This document shows, in pieces, positions 29,719 through 40,634 of a stretch of 62,943 nt of DNA (position 1 is the stretch's first letter; each line of letters begins with the position of its first letter). Below the pieces are notes generated by a model. It was given only the letters and a program-made list of their open reading frames with translations, was not told the DNA's origin and made no database searches. The stretch lies in sequence record DRR723986_8408; one strand, 5' to 3'. The position numbers were made by a program, and so were the translations under genes.

Positions 29719-31494
29719 TCACTCGCGAACAAACTGAAGCAACCGGAATTCCATTGCCTGTTTGCCGGGAATGCTCAGCGGTTTAAGGGTTAAGTCCTTC
29801 TCACCGGCTGTTAGCTCGATAGTTCCGATCTCGATTGTTGGAAAATCCTTGACGTACGATTCAGCGCGTTCGACCCGATCGTTCTCGCCACCTCGAAGTG
29901 GAGGATCCGCTTCGTCGGATATCGTGAAGTCGAGCACTGATGATCCAACCTGCAGACGCATCGTCGCCCCCAAGTCTTCCGCGGGACAAGCATACTGCAA
30001 TAGCACTCGGTAACGACCGCTCGCCGCGACGACTGCGTCAATGCTAACCGTTTCATCGGTGCTGGTCCAGTTTCTCAGAAAAGAGCAATTCGGGTAGCGA
30101 TTCGAACGTTGGATATCGCCAGTGTAGGTCGCATCTCGTGCCGGAACTTGAGTGTAACGAAACGTTTCATTTCCAAGCAGGAAGGGCCGTTGGTCGTCGT
30201 CATAGCCGGCCGCGACACTCTCCCTGAAGTTGGCGGCCGTCTTCGCAAGTGCTTCCACTACCGCGGGATGTTCCCCCTGAACAGGTTTGTCTTGCCGCGG
30301 ATCGGCTTCGATGTCGAAAAGCCTGCCCTGATGGTCGAGGCGGAACCGTTGGTTACGGACGCTGGTTTTTCCACGCCAGAACGAAACGATGTGACGGTTC
30401 GGCCAATCAACAGCAGCGTTACCAGCCAAGAGTGGTTTGAGGGATTTGCCATCAAGCGGGGCCGATTCGAGCTGATCGATGCCTGCCAAGTCGGCGAGTG
30501 TTGGTAGCAAATCAGTCACACTTGCAATGCGATCGATCTGACGCCCTTGAGGAATCGACTTTGGCCATCGCAAGAGCAGCGGGGAACGCACTCCACCTTC
30601 ATCAGTGGATCCTTTACGCCCCTTCATGCCACCATTGAAGCGAACGCCGTTGGGCCCGTTGTCGCAGAAGTAGACCACGATCGTGTTCTCATCGACTCCC
30701 CAGCTCTCCAGCTTCTTCAAGACGCGACCAACGTTCCAGTCGATGTTCTCACACATCGCCAACGCAGCCCTGGTGTGTCCAATCTTCTCTTTTTCTGGAT
30801 CGCGATTTCGCTGTGGTAGCGGATGCTCCTTAAACTTCTCCCAATACTCGTCAGGTACTTGCATGGGTGAGTGAGGCGTATTGTAGGGCAGATAAGCAAA
30901 GAAAGGCTTCTCGGATGCAACCGACTGCTCCATGAACTCGATGGCCTTATCAGTAAAGTCATCGATGCAGAAGCCGGTCCCCTGAACGAGCTTGCCGTTT
31001 TGCTCTAGCGGCGGGCTAAAGTAATCGCCCCAGTGGCCGCTGCAAAACCCATAAAATTCATCGAAGCCGCGACCACATGGGTGGTAGGGGTATTGCATCC
31101 CATTGTGCCACTTGCCGAACGCGGCAGTGCGGTATCCGGCTGCTCGGAACGTGTCGGCAATGGTGACTTCATTCAGGTTCATCCGTTCGCCACCGGCGGA
31201 AGTGCTGTACACGCCACTTCGCGGGTGGTATCGCCCCGTCAAAAATTCGGCTCGAGTCGGAGAGCAGACGGGGCACACATAGAAGCGATCAAAGGACGCT
31301 CCATCGCGTGCAAGAGAATCGATATTGGGAGTGCTCAGATTCTTGTTGCCGTTAAGGCTCAGATCGCCCCAGCCTTGGTCGTCCGAGAGGAACACGATTA
31401 CGTTCGGCCGCTCGCCATCGTTGGCTTGTGCGTGGGTCTTCGATTGGATCACCGCGGAGGTCAAGACGCACAGTAACAGACAAAATTCCCTCAT
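29719..31494 (-). CDS. arylsulfatase (S1)
   Basis: RPNVIVFLSDDQGWGD, canonical CSPTR, FGKWHNG, FCDNGP (ORF-track start 31608). Confidence 0.93.
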   Translation of the reverse strand: MREFCLLLCVLTSAVIQSKTHAQANDGERPNVIVFLSDDQGWGDLSLNGNKNLSTPNIDSLARDGASFDRFYVCPVCSPTRAEFLTGRYHPRSGVYSTSAGGERMNLNEVTIADTFRAAGYRTAAFGKWHNGMQYPYHPCGRGFDEFYGFCSGHWGDYFSPPLEQNGKLVQGTGFCIDDFTDKAIEFMEQSVASEKPFFAYLPYNTPHSPMQVPDEYWEKFKEHPLPQRNRDPEKEKIGHTRAALAMCENIDWNVGRVLKKLESWGVDENTIVVYFCDNGPNGVRFNGGMKGRKGSTDEGGVRSPLLLRWPKSIPQGRQIDRIASVTDLLPTLADLAGIDQLESAPLDGKSLKPLLAGNAAVDWPNRHIVSFWRGKTSVRNQRFRLDHQGRLFDIEADPRQDKPVQGEHPAVVEALAKTAANFRESVAAGYDDDQRPFLLGNETFRYTQVPARDATYTGDIQRSNRYPNCSFLRNWTSTDETVSIDAVVAASGRYRVLLQYACPAEDLGATMRLQVGSSVLDFTISDEADPPLRGGENDRVERAESYVKDFPTIEIGTIELTAGEKDLTLKPLSIPGKQAMEFRLLQFVRE

Positions 31495-31700
31495 CACCGC
31501 CCTCAAACTTATTGGTCTACCAAACTGTTCCAAGTGGAAAAGCGTGAAGGCTCGTCCCACGTGGAGAATCGTCGTCGCAGTCAGTATACCACGACACCGA
31601 AACACCACGTCATCGAACTACCACGCATCGAACCGGGAACCGTCGCCCAAACTAGGCAACGATCGCTCAGTGGTGAGACCGATGTTTGTTAGACATCGAT

Positions 31701-33362
31701 TCAGCGGTCGGCTAGGGCGGCGTTTTCAAGTAGCTGTGAGATGAGCGGGAGAAGTTGCTTCTTGCGGCTGACGACGTCGTCGAGCTTGTAAAGATTTCGC
31801 TCGAGACGCGGGTAGTTGATTGCTTCCCAAAATTCAGGTTCACTGGAGATTAGCAGCAAGCTGCCGTTGCTGATGATGTCGGTTACTAGCAATGCGGAAA
31901 AATCGAGTTTCCGCTCACTGGCCAACTCCTGCAGGGCTTCCAGTAGTTCGTCGCTGCGTTCCCAGAACAATTCAAAACCGATTTCTTCGATTTGCGAAAT
32001 CGAGAATCTGTGGCCACGGTCAATGAACTCCTTGCAGTCCTCGCGCACGACTCGCGCGGCCGGCTGCGACTGCAATGCCGAGCCGACTTCGAAGAACTCG
32101 CGTACGAATTCGTCCATGTCGACAGAACAAAAAGTGCTGAGCCAGGAGAGTGTGTCACGGTCCACGTCAGTGGTTGTGGGACTTCGCAAGTGCAGCGTGT
32201 CCGAAATAATTCCCGAAGCCATACACAGAGCGATTCCGGGAGATGGGTCGATGCCAGCCGCACGGAATTGTTTTGCAACCAGCGTGCAGGTTGAACCAAC
32301 AGGCTCATTGATGAAGCGAATCGGTTGGTCAGATTTTAAGTTCCCACCCAAACGGTGGTGGTCCAAGACTTCGACAATTTCAGATTCTTCCGCTCCCAGC
32401 ACCGCTTGGGACATTTCGTTGTGGTCGACCAATACGAGTTGTGTTTTGGGTGGATTCACCAGGTCTGACTTGGACAGAACACCAAAGAGCTTGCCTTGAT
32501 CGTCGAGAACCGGGAAGAGTTTTTGGTTCGAAGAGCCTACGATGGTGCGAGCATCTTCTACGGGCGTCTTGCTGCTCAGCGACAGGCAATCACCCTGCAC
32601 AGCACGTGCGATGCGGCGAGCACTCTTGATCCGCATCGTCGTCGTGGCCGTATCGAAGGAGCTACGGATGATAGAGACATTGTTAAGTTTAGCCAGCTGA
32701 AGCAGACCGGGGGATAACTCATAGCCACCGGTAACGACCAAACAGCGGACACCACGCTCGAGTGCAGGTAGTTGTATCGTGGGGCGATTGCCGCTAACGA
32801 CCAATTGTTGTTCTGCGGGGCATTGCTGAAGCCGCTTCGTGAATCCTTCAGCGCTCATCGCGCCGACCATGATCAGCAACTCGGACACATCGTCGACGTC
32901 GACTCCGTGCTGCAGTTCACCATTGAGCACTTCATTGAGTTTACGGACACAACTGTTCACTTGCCGTGCAAGCTTGGGGTCATCGTCGCCCTCAAAGATG
33001 ATTCGCATTAGGTCGAGCAGTGTAAGGAGCCCGACAAATCGCCCTTCGCGGCTAAGGACAGGGACCGCGCCGAGATTATTGTCCTTCATCCGTTCATAGA
33101 CTTCAGCGAAAACTTCGTCTTCGAAGGCGACGATGGGTTGTCGGCGACAAACGTCTGCAACTTCCGGGCGAACGTCCATGACGATTCGCGGCGCCGACAT
33201 GCGTGCTTTACGCAATGCATATTCGGTACGACGATTCGGTGCACCGCAACATGCCGCGATGGCGTCTGGGCGAGTGGTGCGTTGGAGATAGTCGGCGTAG
33301 GCAAGGGCCGAACAGATAGCATCGGTGTCTGGATTACGATGACCGAAGACATAAACAGTCAT
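31701..33362 (-). CDS. ppaC: manganese-dependent inorganic pyrophosphatase with CBS-DRTGG insert
   Basis: FGHRNPDTDAICSA, CBS and DRTGG regions, LVDHNE, LDHH, EPVGST, GIISDTL, VVSRKKQ. Confidence 0.93.
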   Translation of the reverse strand: MTVYVFGHRNPDTDAICSALAYADYLQRTTRPDAIAACCGAPNRRTEYALRKARMSAPRIVMDVRPEVADVCRRQPIVAFEDEVFAEVYERMKDNNLGAVPVLSREGRFVGLLTLLDLMRIIFEGDDDPKLARQVNSCVRKLNEVLNGELQHGVDVDDVSELLIMVGAMSAEGFTKRLQQCPAEQQLVVSGNRPTIQLPALERGVRCLVVTGGYELSPGLLQLAKLNNVSIIRSSFDTATTTMRIKSARRIARAVQGDCLSLSSKTPVEDARTIVGSSNQKLFPVLDDQGKLFGVLSKSDLVNPPKTQLVLVDHNEMSQAVLGAEESEIVEVLDHHRLGGNLKSDQPIRFINEPVGSTCTLVAKQFRAAGIDPSPGIALCMASGIISDTLHLRSPTTTDVDRDTLSWLSTFCSVDMDEFVREFFEVGSALQSQPAARVVREDCKEFIDRGHRFSISQIEEIGFELFWERSDELLEALQELASERKLDFSALLVTDIISNGSLLLISSEPEFWEAINYPRLERNLYKLDDVVSRKKQLLPLISQLLENAALADR

Positions 33363-33936
33363 AGGAGCTCGGAAGCGTTTCGGAACAGTTGGTTGTTATG
33401 GGGCGACTGGCTTGCGTTCGCTCGCTTCGGAGCAATTTCAAGCGGCAAGCGTTCATCGTATCGCTAGCATCGTAAGGCTACTAGATGAGATGCTACGAAA
33501 CGCCATTCTTAGCTTGCATCGCCGGTTAGCCGCAGAATGCCCGGATGCCCTAAAATTTGGCTCCGATTCGTGTTGACCCTTCGCGTCTGGCTGTGCAATA
33601 CTTCGCAGCAACGTAACGGATTACACCAACGCGGAATGCAATTGCCCGATCCATTGTCAGCTTGCTGACTGGGGAGGGGGCGTGTGCGACCCAGATTTGC
33701 AGGGCGAAGTTTGGCCAATTAGTGCAGATGTCCAGGATACATGACGTCTGTTCGCCAGATCTTTTTTCTCTGCAGAACGCACCTTAGCGTGCCTGCGTTG
33801 GAATTTAAGGATGGAACCTCAAGCGACACGGCGATCTTAGTCCTAGCATTCAACGCTGGGCGTGGCGATAATTGAGCGGAGCTCGTTTTGCCATTCCTAC
33901 GTTTTTCCGCTACTCAAGTTCGCCTTCGGAGTGCCT

Positions 33937-35787
33937 GTGTCGTTCAGCTTTGACCTAGATACCAAAGAGCGCGTCCGCGCCGCAACGGACATTGTTGACT
34001 TGATCGGCAGCAAGTACGAACTGCGCCGTCAGGGACGCAATTACGCTGCGCTCTGTCCATGGCACAAGGACAGCCGCCCAAGTCTGAACATCAACACAGA
34101 GAAACAGATTTGGAAGTGTTGGGTCTGCGACATCGGTGGTGACGTCTTTACTTTCCTGATGCAAGACGAAGGGCTGAGTTTCGGAGAAGCTCTGCGTGCG
34201 TTGGCCGACCGAGCGGGCATTCCGCTGTCGGAGGGCAACAAGAAATCGTCGGGCAAATACGCGTCGTCGGTCGACAGCAAAAATCAGCTTTACGCAGCTC
34301 TCGATTTCGCCTCGCAGCTCTACCAGAGCCATCTTCTGGAAAGCGACGAAGCAAAGGCGGCACGCGAGTACCTGGAAGAGCGTCAGATTTCCCAGCGTGC
34401 CATCGAAAAGTTTGGCATCGGAATGGCCCCCGACTCTTGGTCTGCGGTCTTGGACGGAGCTCGGCAGCAGAAAATTACGCCGAATGTCCTAGAGGCGGCT
34501 GGATTGGTGATTCGTCGCGAGAACAGCAGCGGTCACTACGATCGTTTTCGCAATCGCATTATGTTTCCGATTCGCAGCCGTGAAAAGAAGACGATTGCCT
34601 TCGGTGGACGTGTCATGCCAGGCAGCGACGAAGGTGCAAAGTACATCAATTCACCGGAGACTCGGCTTTTTCACAAGAGCCAGCAACTCTACGGCTTTGA
34701 TCTTGCGAGCGGCCCAATTCGCCATTCGCGACAAGCGGTTGTGATGGAGGGCTACACTGACGTCATCGCGGCCCACCAAGCCGGATTAGAAACGGCCGTA
34801 GCTGTCTTGGGCACAGCCTTGGGTGCACCGCATTTGAAACTCCTTCGCCATTACTGCGATCGAGTTGTCCTGTTGCTTGACGGAGACGAAGCTGGCCAGC
34901 GCCGCAGTGACGATGTGCTGGAGCTGTTCCTTCACGCTCAGATGGACGTGCGTGTATTGACGTTGCCTGACAAGCTGGATCCAGCCGACTTTATCGAACA
35001 GCACGGCGTCGAAGAGCTGAACGATCTAATATCGAAGGCAGCCGATGCTCTCGAGTTCAAGATGAAGCGCACGACGACTGGATTTGACCCACTTACAGAC
35101 ACCCACCGCGCGAACCAAGCGGTCGAGGAAATGCTCAGTCTACTGGCTAAGGTGCCGCACACGGGCCTGATCTCGAACGATTCGTTTCGTCTGCGTCAGA
35201 ACCAAGTCCTTCCACGTTTGGCTAGAAAGTTTGCCATTCCCGAAGATGACTTGCGAGCGCGATTGACGGAGCTGAGAAAACGCCAAGAACGATTCCCAAG
35301 ACGTGGAGCAACCACAGAGGAAGAGCGACCAGCCACTGAGTTGCTACGCCCCGGAGACTTGACTCCCTTTGAACGTGAATTGTTGGAACTGATCATCGTT
35401 GCCCCTGATGTAGCACCGATTGCTCTTGAACGAGTGCAGTCTGGTTGGCTGGAATGCGATGCGGCTCGCCGCATGCTCGACGCCTATCAAGAGCTCGATT
35501 TTGCAGGCAATTCACTCGAATTCGATAGCGTCTTGACCAACCTAGAAGATTCCAACTTAAAGAGCCTGCTTGTAACGCTCCATGAACAAGCAACCGCGAA
35601 ACTAGAACGTACAACTGCGTCTGCTGAACAGCGATTGCGTGACCTGACCCGCACCATGGGACAGCGCAAAGACGAACTAGAGCAGCAACGTATTGTTAGC
35701 CAAATTGAAGAGAATTCTTCAGAGGAGAAAAAGCTCGAACTCTTGCAGGATGTGATCCGGCAAGCAAAACTTCGGCAAGGACTATAA
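33937..35787 (+). CDS. dnaG: DNA primase
   Basis: Zn finger CPWH..CWVC, YDRFRNRIMFPI, FGGR, KYINSPET, MEGYTDV, DGDEAG. GTG 33937 follows GGAG (ORF-track start 33862). Confidence 0.97.
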   Translation: MSFSFDLDTKERVRAATDIVDLIGSKYELRRQGRNYAALCPWHKDSRPSLNINTEKQIWKCWVCDIGGDVFTFLMQDEGLSFGEALRALADRAGIPLSEGNKKSSGKYASSVDSKNQLYAALDFASQLYQSHLLESDEAKAAREYLEERQISQRAIEKFGIGMAPDSWSAVLDGARQQKITPNVLEAAGLVIRRENSSGHYDRFRNRIMFPIRSREKKTIAFGGRVMPGSDEGAKYINSPETRLFHKSQQLYGFDLASGPIRHSRQAVVMEGYTDVIAAHQAGLETAVAVLGTALGAPHLKLLRHYCDRVVLLLDGDEAGQRRSDDVLELFLHAQMDVRVLTLPDKLDPADFIEQHGVEELNDLISKAADALEFKMKRTTTGFDPLTDTHRANQAVEEMLSLLAKVPHTGLISNDSFRLRQNQVLPRLARKFAIPEDDLRARLTELRKRQERFPRRGATTEEERPATELLRPGDLTPFERELLELIIVAPDVAPIALERVQSGWLECDAARRMLDAYQELDFAGNSLEFDSVLTNLEDSNLKSLLVTLHEQATAKLERTTASAEQRLRDLTRTMGQRKDELEQQRIVSQIEENSSEEKKLELLQDVIRQAKLRQGL

Positions 35788-35920
35788 AGTCCGCGGATTG
35801 CTGTTGTAATTTATTGAGTGTATCGGTCCAATGATTGGTCTGCGACGTCACAGGAGGACGCGTAGCCGAGCGTCAGCGCTAAAGCGATACCCAGAACACA
35901 TTGCAACATCAACTGCGACT
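35788..35920 (+). ncRNA. candidate structured RNA (long rod) in the dnaG-rpoD intergenic region
   Basis: Nested pairings traced by hand: 35788-35810 with 35900-35920 (about 20 bp), 35820-35825 with 35885-35890, and 35835-35849 with 35857-35869. The G-U pairs favour the + strand. Confidence 0.45.
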
Positions 35921-36038
35921 GCGTTAGGAACCCTGCTGGCCTGCCCAGGCAAAATTTGGGGCAACCCAAACAAAAATCTGATTTTCCACTGCTTGATCCT
36001 CCGCAAGGATCGAGTGCGAACAAAAGGAGTTGTGAACC

Positions 36039-37727
36039 GTGGAAGTTATCGACCTAGAATTGCGCGAATTGATCGCTACCGGCCGCAAGCAAGGATTCCT
36101 GACCTACGAACAGGTCAGCTCTTACCTGCCCGACGAAGACAACGACGCAGTGAAGCTGGATACGCTGCTGGAGATGCTTGAGAAACGCGGTATCCAACTG
36201 CGTGACAAAGCGCCCGAGAACAAACAGGTTCCACTGGGTGTCTTCGGTTCTTCTGAATTGGAAACTGGCGACGAAACGCTCGAAGAAGACGCCGGAATCG
36301 TCTTGGAAGAGGCCGAGGAGAAGGACACCGTCGCTGCAGCGTCAATTGCCAAGCTGAGCGATGATCCAATTCGTCTGTATCTAAGCCAGATGTCGGAAAT
36401 CCCGCTCTTTTCACGCGAAGAGGAAATCGCACTAGCGAAGAAAATCGAAATTACTCGAAAGCGTTTTCGCCGCTGTTTGCTGGGCAACGACATGGCGCTT
36501 CGCCAAACTGTCTCCATCCTGCGGCGAGTTCACCGTGGGCAGTTGCCGTTTGACCGAACCATCAAGGTTTCGTTGACTGAGCAGCTCACCAAGGAACAAA
36601 TTTCGGCTCGCATGCCTCATAATCTGCCAACGCTCGAACAGCTCATCAAGCGAAAGCGATGGCTGTACGCTCAGATTGTTCGCAAGTCGATCTCCGCTGA
36701 CGAGAAAGCTACGCACGTTCGCGAGTACGTTTCACTACGAAACAAGTGCATTACGCTGGTCGAAGAACTCAGCCTGCGAAGCCGCCGGGTTGTGCCGAAC
36801 ATGCAACAGCTCGAAGAAATCGCCGATCGCATGGAGCTGCTTCAGTCCAAAATCTCCGAAGCTGCCGAGACGGGATACCCAATCGAAGAAGAACGCCTCA
36901 AGCGTGAGCTTCGCCGGTTGATCGCCCAGACCCAGGAGAGCCCACGCAGCCTCCGTCATCGCGTATCCCTCGTTCGTAAACACTACACTGAATTCGAGAG
37001 CGTCAAACGCGAACTCTCGCAGGGCAATCTGCGACTCGTGGTCTCTATTGCGAAGAAATATCGCAACCGAGGCCTAAGCTTCCTGGATCTGATCCAAGAA
37101 GGAAACACTGGCTTGATGCGAGCAGTTGATAAGTACGAATACCGTCGTGGATTCAAGTTCTCGACTTATGCGACCTGGTGGATTCGCCAAGCGATCACGC
37201 GTGCCATCGCCGATCAAGCACGTACGATTCGAATTCCAGTTCACATGATTGATGTGCTTTCGCGACTTCGAAACATTCAGAAACAGTTGACGCAAAAGCT
37301 CAAGCGTGAGCCATCCATCGAAGAGATTGCTGGTCAAACAGATCTCCCGATTGAAGAGGTCCGCCGAGTCCTTGATGTCGGTCGACACCCAACGAGTTTG
37401 GATCGACCAGTTGGCGAAGGCGAAGACAATACCTTCGGTGACTTCATTGAGGATTCCGATCACGGTGACCCGATTGGCAACACGAGCAACGGCTTGCTCC
37501 GGGACAAGATTGACCTACTGCTTAAGTCGCTGACGTTCCGCGAACGAGAAATCATTCGCCTTCGGTACGGTCTGGTCGACGGATATTCTTACACCTTGGA
37601 AGAGGTGGGACGCATCTTCAAAGTAACCCGTGAACGCGTCCGCCAAATTGAGGCAAAGGCTGTTTCCAAGATGCAGAATCCAGTGCGAGCACAGCACTTG
37701 GAAAGCTACCTGAAGCCCGCGGCGTAA
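36039..37727 (+). CDS. rpoD: RNA polymerase sigma factor RpoD (primary sigma-70)
   Basis: Region 1.1 ([16 protein letters not shown]), region 1.2 DDPIRLYL, region 2 [15 protein letters not shown], region 4 [19 protein letters not shown]. Lies downstream of dnaG with an AAGGAG RBS. Confidence 0.95.
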   Translation: MEVIDLELRELIATGRKQGFLTYEQVSSYLPDEDNDAVKLDTLLEMLEKRGIQLRDKAPENKQVPLGVFGSSELETGDETLEEDAGIVLEEAEEKDTVAAASIAKLSDDPIRLYLSQMSEIPLFSREEEIALAKKIEITRKRFRRCLLGNDMALRQTVSILRRVHRGQLPFDRTIKVSLTEQLTKEQISARMPHNLPTLEQLIKRKRWLYAQIVRKSISADEKATHVREYVSLRNKCITLVEELSLRSRRVVPNMQQLEEIADRMELLQSKISEAAETGYPIEEERLKRELRRLIAQTQESPRSLRHRVSLVRKHYTEFESVKRELSQGNLRLVVSIAKKYRNRGLSFLDLIQEGNTGLMRAVDKYEYRRGFKFSTYATWWIRQAITRAIADQARTIRIPVHMIDVLSRLRNIQKQLTQKLKREPSIEEIAGQTDLPIEEVRRVLDVGRHPTSLDRPVGEGEDNTFGDFIEDSDHGDPIGNTSNGLLRDKIDLLLKSLTFREREIIRLRYGLVDGYSYTLEEVGRIFKVTRERVRQIEAKAVSKMQNPVRAQHLESYLKPAA

Positions 37728-37753
37728 CAGCGCGGTCGCCATGCTAAACTCTT

Positions 37754-37797
37754 GACTAGCCAGTTGATCACGCCGATCCGCTGGCTAGTTTATTTGT
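37754..37797 (+). terminator. putative intrinsic terminator after rpoD
   Basis: ACTAGCCAG...CTGGCTAGT stem followed by TTATTTGT. Confidence 0.6.
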
Positions 37798-37830
37798 CTG
37801 TTCCCGGCAATCTGAAGCAAAGGGTGCACA

Positions 37831-38790
37831 ATGAAGCGATCCATTGCGCGACCGTCTGGTAAACGTATCCAATACGGTACAAGCAAGTGCTCCGCTCGCC
37901 ATTTGGTGATCTTTGGCGCTATCGTGGTCGGCGTTGCAACTGCCCTTGCTGGGAGCAACGCGTCCGCTCAAGCAGCACCACAGGCGCCTAAACGACAGCC
38001 GCCAGCCCGGAAGAAGACACTCGCTACGCCGGAATTGATCAATTGGCTCACGAAATTGATTAAGGACAACTTGCCACCTTCGCACGAGGATGACAAGAAC
38101 TGGGGACAGACGAAGAAGGTTTGGAATGGGATCAAGCTGCGTCGTGAGGGCCTGAAGCTCGAAACAGAACGCAGAATCCGTACAGTCAAGACTGGCACTT
38201 GGACACGTTACCGAGTTGACCTGGTCGAGCCAGAGAAGAACCTTGACATTCAATTCCACCGGCTTCAGCCCATGGAAGACGGTAAGGTGAAATTTGAGGT
38301 TTCGGTGGGGTGCCCGCTGGATGTGTTCGGCCGCTTGAGCCAATGGGTCCGCGATGTTCAAGTCATCAGCATTAGCGCAAATGCCGATGCAGCTTGTCGC
38401 ATGACAGTCACCGGAACGGTCGGCGTGAAGATGAATGTCTTTAAGTTTCCACCTGACCTAACGCTAGAGCCGAAGGTTGAGACGGCTCACGTCGCGCTGA
38501 CTCACTACGAAGTCCAGCGGTTGAGCCAAGTGCGTGGTGAATTCGCGGAAATACTTGGCGACGGTCTCAAGGGCGTCATCGACAAGAAACTAGAGCGGTT
38601 CAACAACAAGCTTGTCGACAAGATGAACAAGCAAATTGCTAAGCAATCCGACAAGCTATCGTTCTCTCCTCAGGAATGGCTGAAGAACAAGCTGCCGCTA
38701 CCCCCGGCCAAGAAACCGACCGCCGGCGACGCAGCAGCCATTGCTCCCCAAAATCCGGTTGAATCGAAGACTACCGTTGCGGCGAAGTAG
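37831..38790 (+). CDS. hypothetical exported protein
   Basis: 319-aa ORF with a signal/TM segment and a beta-rich body; no motif recognised. Confidence 0.75.
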   Translation: MKRSIARPSGKRIQYGTSKCSARHLVIFGAIVVGVATALAGSNASAQAAPQAPKRQPPARKKTLATPELINWLTKLIKDNLPPSHEDDKNWGQTKKVWNGIKLRREGLKLETERRIRTVKTGTWTRYRVDLVEPEKNLDIQFHRLQPMEDGKVKFEVSVGCPLDVFGRLSQWVRDVQVISISANADAACRMTVTGTVGVKMNVFKFPPDLTLEPKVETAHVALTHYEVQRLSQVRGEFAEILGDGLKGVIDKKLERFNNKLVDKMNKQIAKQSDKLSFSPQEWLKNKLPLPPAKKPTAGDAAAIAPQNPVESKTTVAAK

Positions 38791-38853
38791 TCATTAAAGC
38801 AAGTCTGTAGCACTTAACGTTTGGATTTCCAAAACGAAGTGGCGGTATTCGGA

Positions 38854-40224
38854 CTAGCTGTCAGGTCTTCCGCGACGATTCTTTCGCGTCGTGAATTCCC
38901 ACTCGTCAAAGACTCTCCGCAATCTGGCTGCTTCCTGGGGCCGCGACTGTAACAAGTTGTTCGTCTCACTTTCGTCGACCGACAAGTCGAAGAGATACTC
39001 TTGCTCACGGTCGCCCTTTTGCTGGGCCACGTACTTCAAATTGCCCTCACGGACACCTCTCCAAATCTGATCACCACGTGGCTTGCGCCAAAACAGCGTC
39101 CGCTCAGGTGGCTTGCCTGATAGGATTTCTAGGATGTTCATGCCCTCAAGCTGATGCGATTCCGGAAACGAAGCCTTGGCAATGTCGACGAAGGTCTTTG
39201 TCCAATCAAACGTAATGGTTGGCGTATCGCACTCCTGGCCAGACGGAATCCTACCGGGCCAATAGGCAATTGCTGGAACACGAATCCCGCCTTCGAACGT
39301 GCCACCTTTGATCCCACGGTAGGGCGTGTTGCGGGCACTCTTGGTGCCGCCGTTGTCGCTGGCGAAAACGACCAACGTGTTTTCGTCGACTGCATCGATG
39401 ATATCACCGATGCGCCGGTCCATCCGCTCGATCATGGCTCGGTAGGCATCTGGAGGAGCCTTGCCCTGCTTCCAAAGCGGTGAATCCAGTGGTAAAGGAT
39501 GCTCACGACGGTCTTCCGGCCCCTGGAAAGGTGAATGGGGACAGGTGTAAGGCAGGTAAAGAAAATACGGCTTCTCCCTTGGCGTCCGAACGAACGTCAA
39601 AGCCTCTTCCGTCATCCGATCCGTAAAGTAACCTTCATCGCGTATTGGGTTTCCGTCCCGAAAGAGGTTGTAGCCGGCGACGTTATCGGTGTAGTGAAAG
39701 TAGTCCATCTCACCGCCGACACAGTAATACGACTGGTCAAAGCCATGCTTCAAGGGTGCAAATTTGGGCTCGTAGCCCAAATGCCACTTACCAAAGATGC
39801 CGGTCTCATAGCCCGCCTGCTTGAGAACACTCGGCAACGTCGGTACGTCGGCAGGCAACCCCAGGTCGTTAGTCTCCCGTAGCCGAATCGCGTCATCGTA
39901 TCTGCCAACGTTCCCAGTACCGATTGCACACTCTAGGCCGCCCACCCACTGTTGGTAACGCCCGGTCAAGAATGCCGCCCGCGTGGGCGAACACTCCGGA
40001 CCGTTGGCATAGTGAGCCGTGAATCGCACACCACGTTGACTCAGAGCATCCAATCGGGGCGTTTTGATGTCACCGCGACCGTAACAGCCAAGATCGCCGT
40101 AGCCCAGATCGTCGGCCAAAATGAACACGATGTTTGGGCGACCATCCGCCGCACGAGCATCGCTGGTCAACAAAATTGCCGTGAGTGCACAGGTTACCGA
40201 TAGGAGTAGTATCGCGAGTCGCAT
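38854..40224 (-). CDS. sulfatase (arylsulfatase A-like)
   Basis: RPNIVFILADDLGYGD, CSPTR, FGKWHLG, FASDNGG, FEGGIRVP. Confidence 0.94.
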   Translation of the reverse strand: MRLAILLLSVTCALTAILLTSDARAADGRPNIVFILADDLGYGDLGCYGRGDIKTPRLDALSQRGVRFTAHYANGPECSPTRAAFLTGRYQQWVGGLECAIGTGNVGRYDDAIRLRETNDLGLPADVPTLPSVLKQAGYETGIFGKWHLGYEPKFAPLKHGFDQSYYCVGGEMDYFHYTDNVAGYNLFRDGNPIRDEGYFTDRMTEEALTFVRTPREKPYFLYLPYTCPHSPFQGPEDRREHPLPLDSPLWKQGKAPPDAYRAMIERMDRRIGDIIDAVDENTLVVFASDNGGTKSARNTPYRGIKGGTFEGGIRVPAIAYWPGRIPSGQECDTPTITFDWTKTFVDIAKASFPESHQLEGMNILEILSGKPPERTLFWRKPRGDQIWRGVREGNLKYVAQQKGDREQEYLFDLSVDESETNNLLQSRPQEAARLRRVFDEWEFTTRKNRRGRPDS

Positions 40225-40634
40225 AGCCGCTCTCGAAACGAGTTCATTCGGGTACGTTGAAATTGCCGCGTTTCATCATACCGCGATCGAATTCGAAATT
40301 CTCGCTGCGATCCGCTCCTTCGACCATATAGAGAGGCTTGGTTTGTGAACCTCAGCGGCGTTTGTCGAAAGATAATGAGAAGAAGGCGTCTAACAGCCCC
40401 GCATTTGCTCGTTGGGCGAACGGAAATGGAGCAGGTCAAACGGAATCCCCCCGCGCGATCGGCAATGCTCCATGCCGATCAGCGGCAGCTACGCTCAAGC
40501 GGACAGGAAATCGGGCAATCGAGCAACCGGAAAATACCGCCCCAACCAGTTTAGTGTTGGCGATTTGGCGGGCGTTGCTGTAACTTGACTACAGAACGCC
40601 CGATGGCTCCGGGGCTAGCACTTGATCGCGGAAG

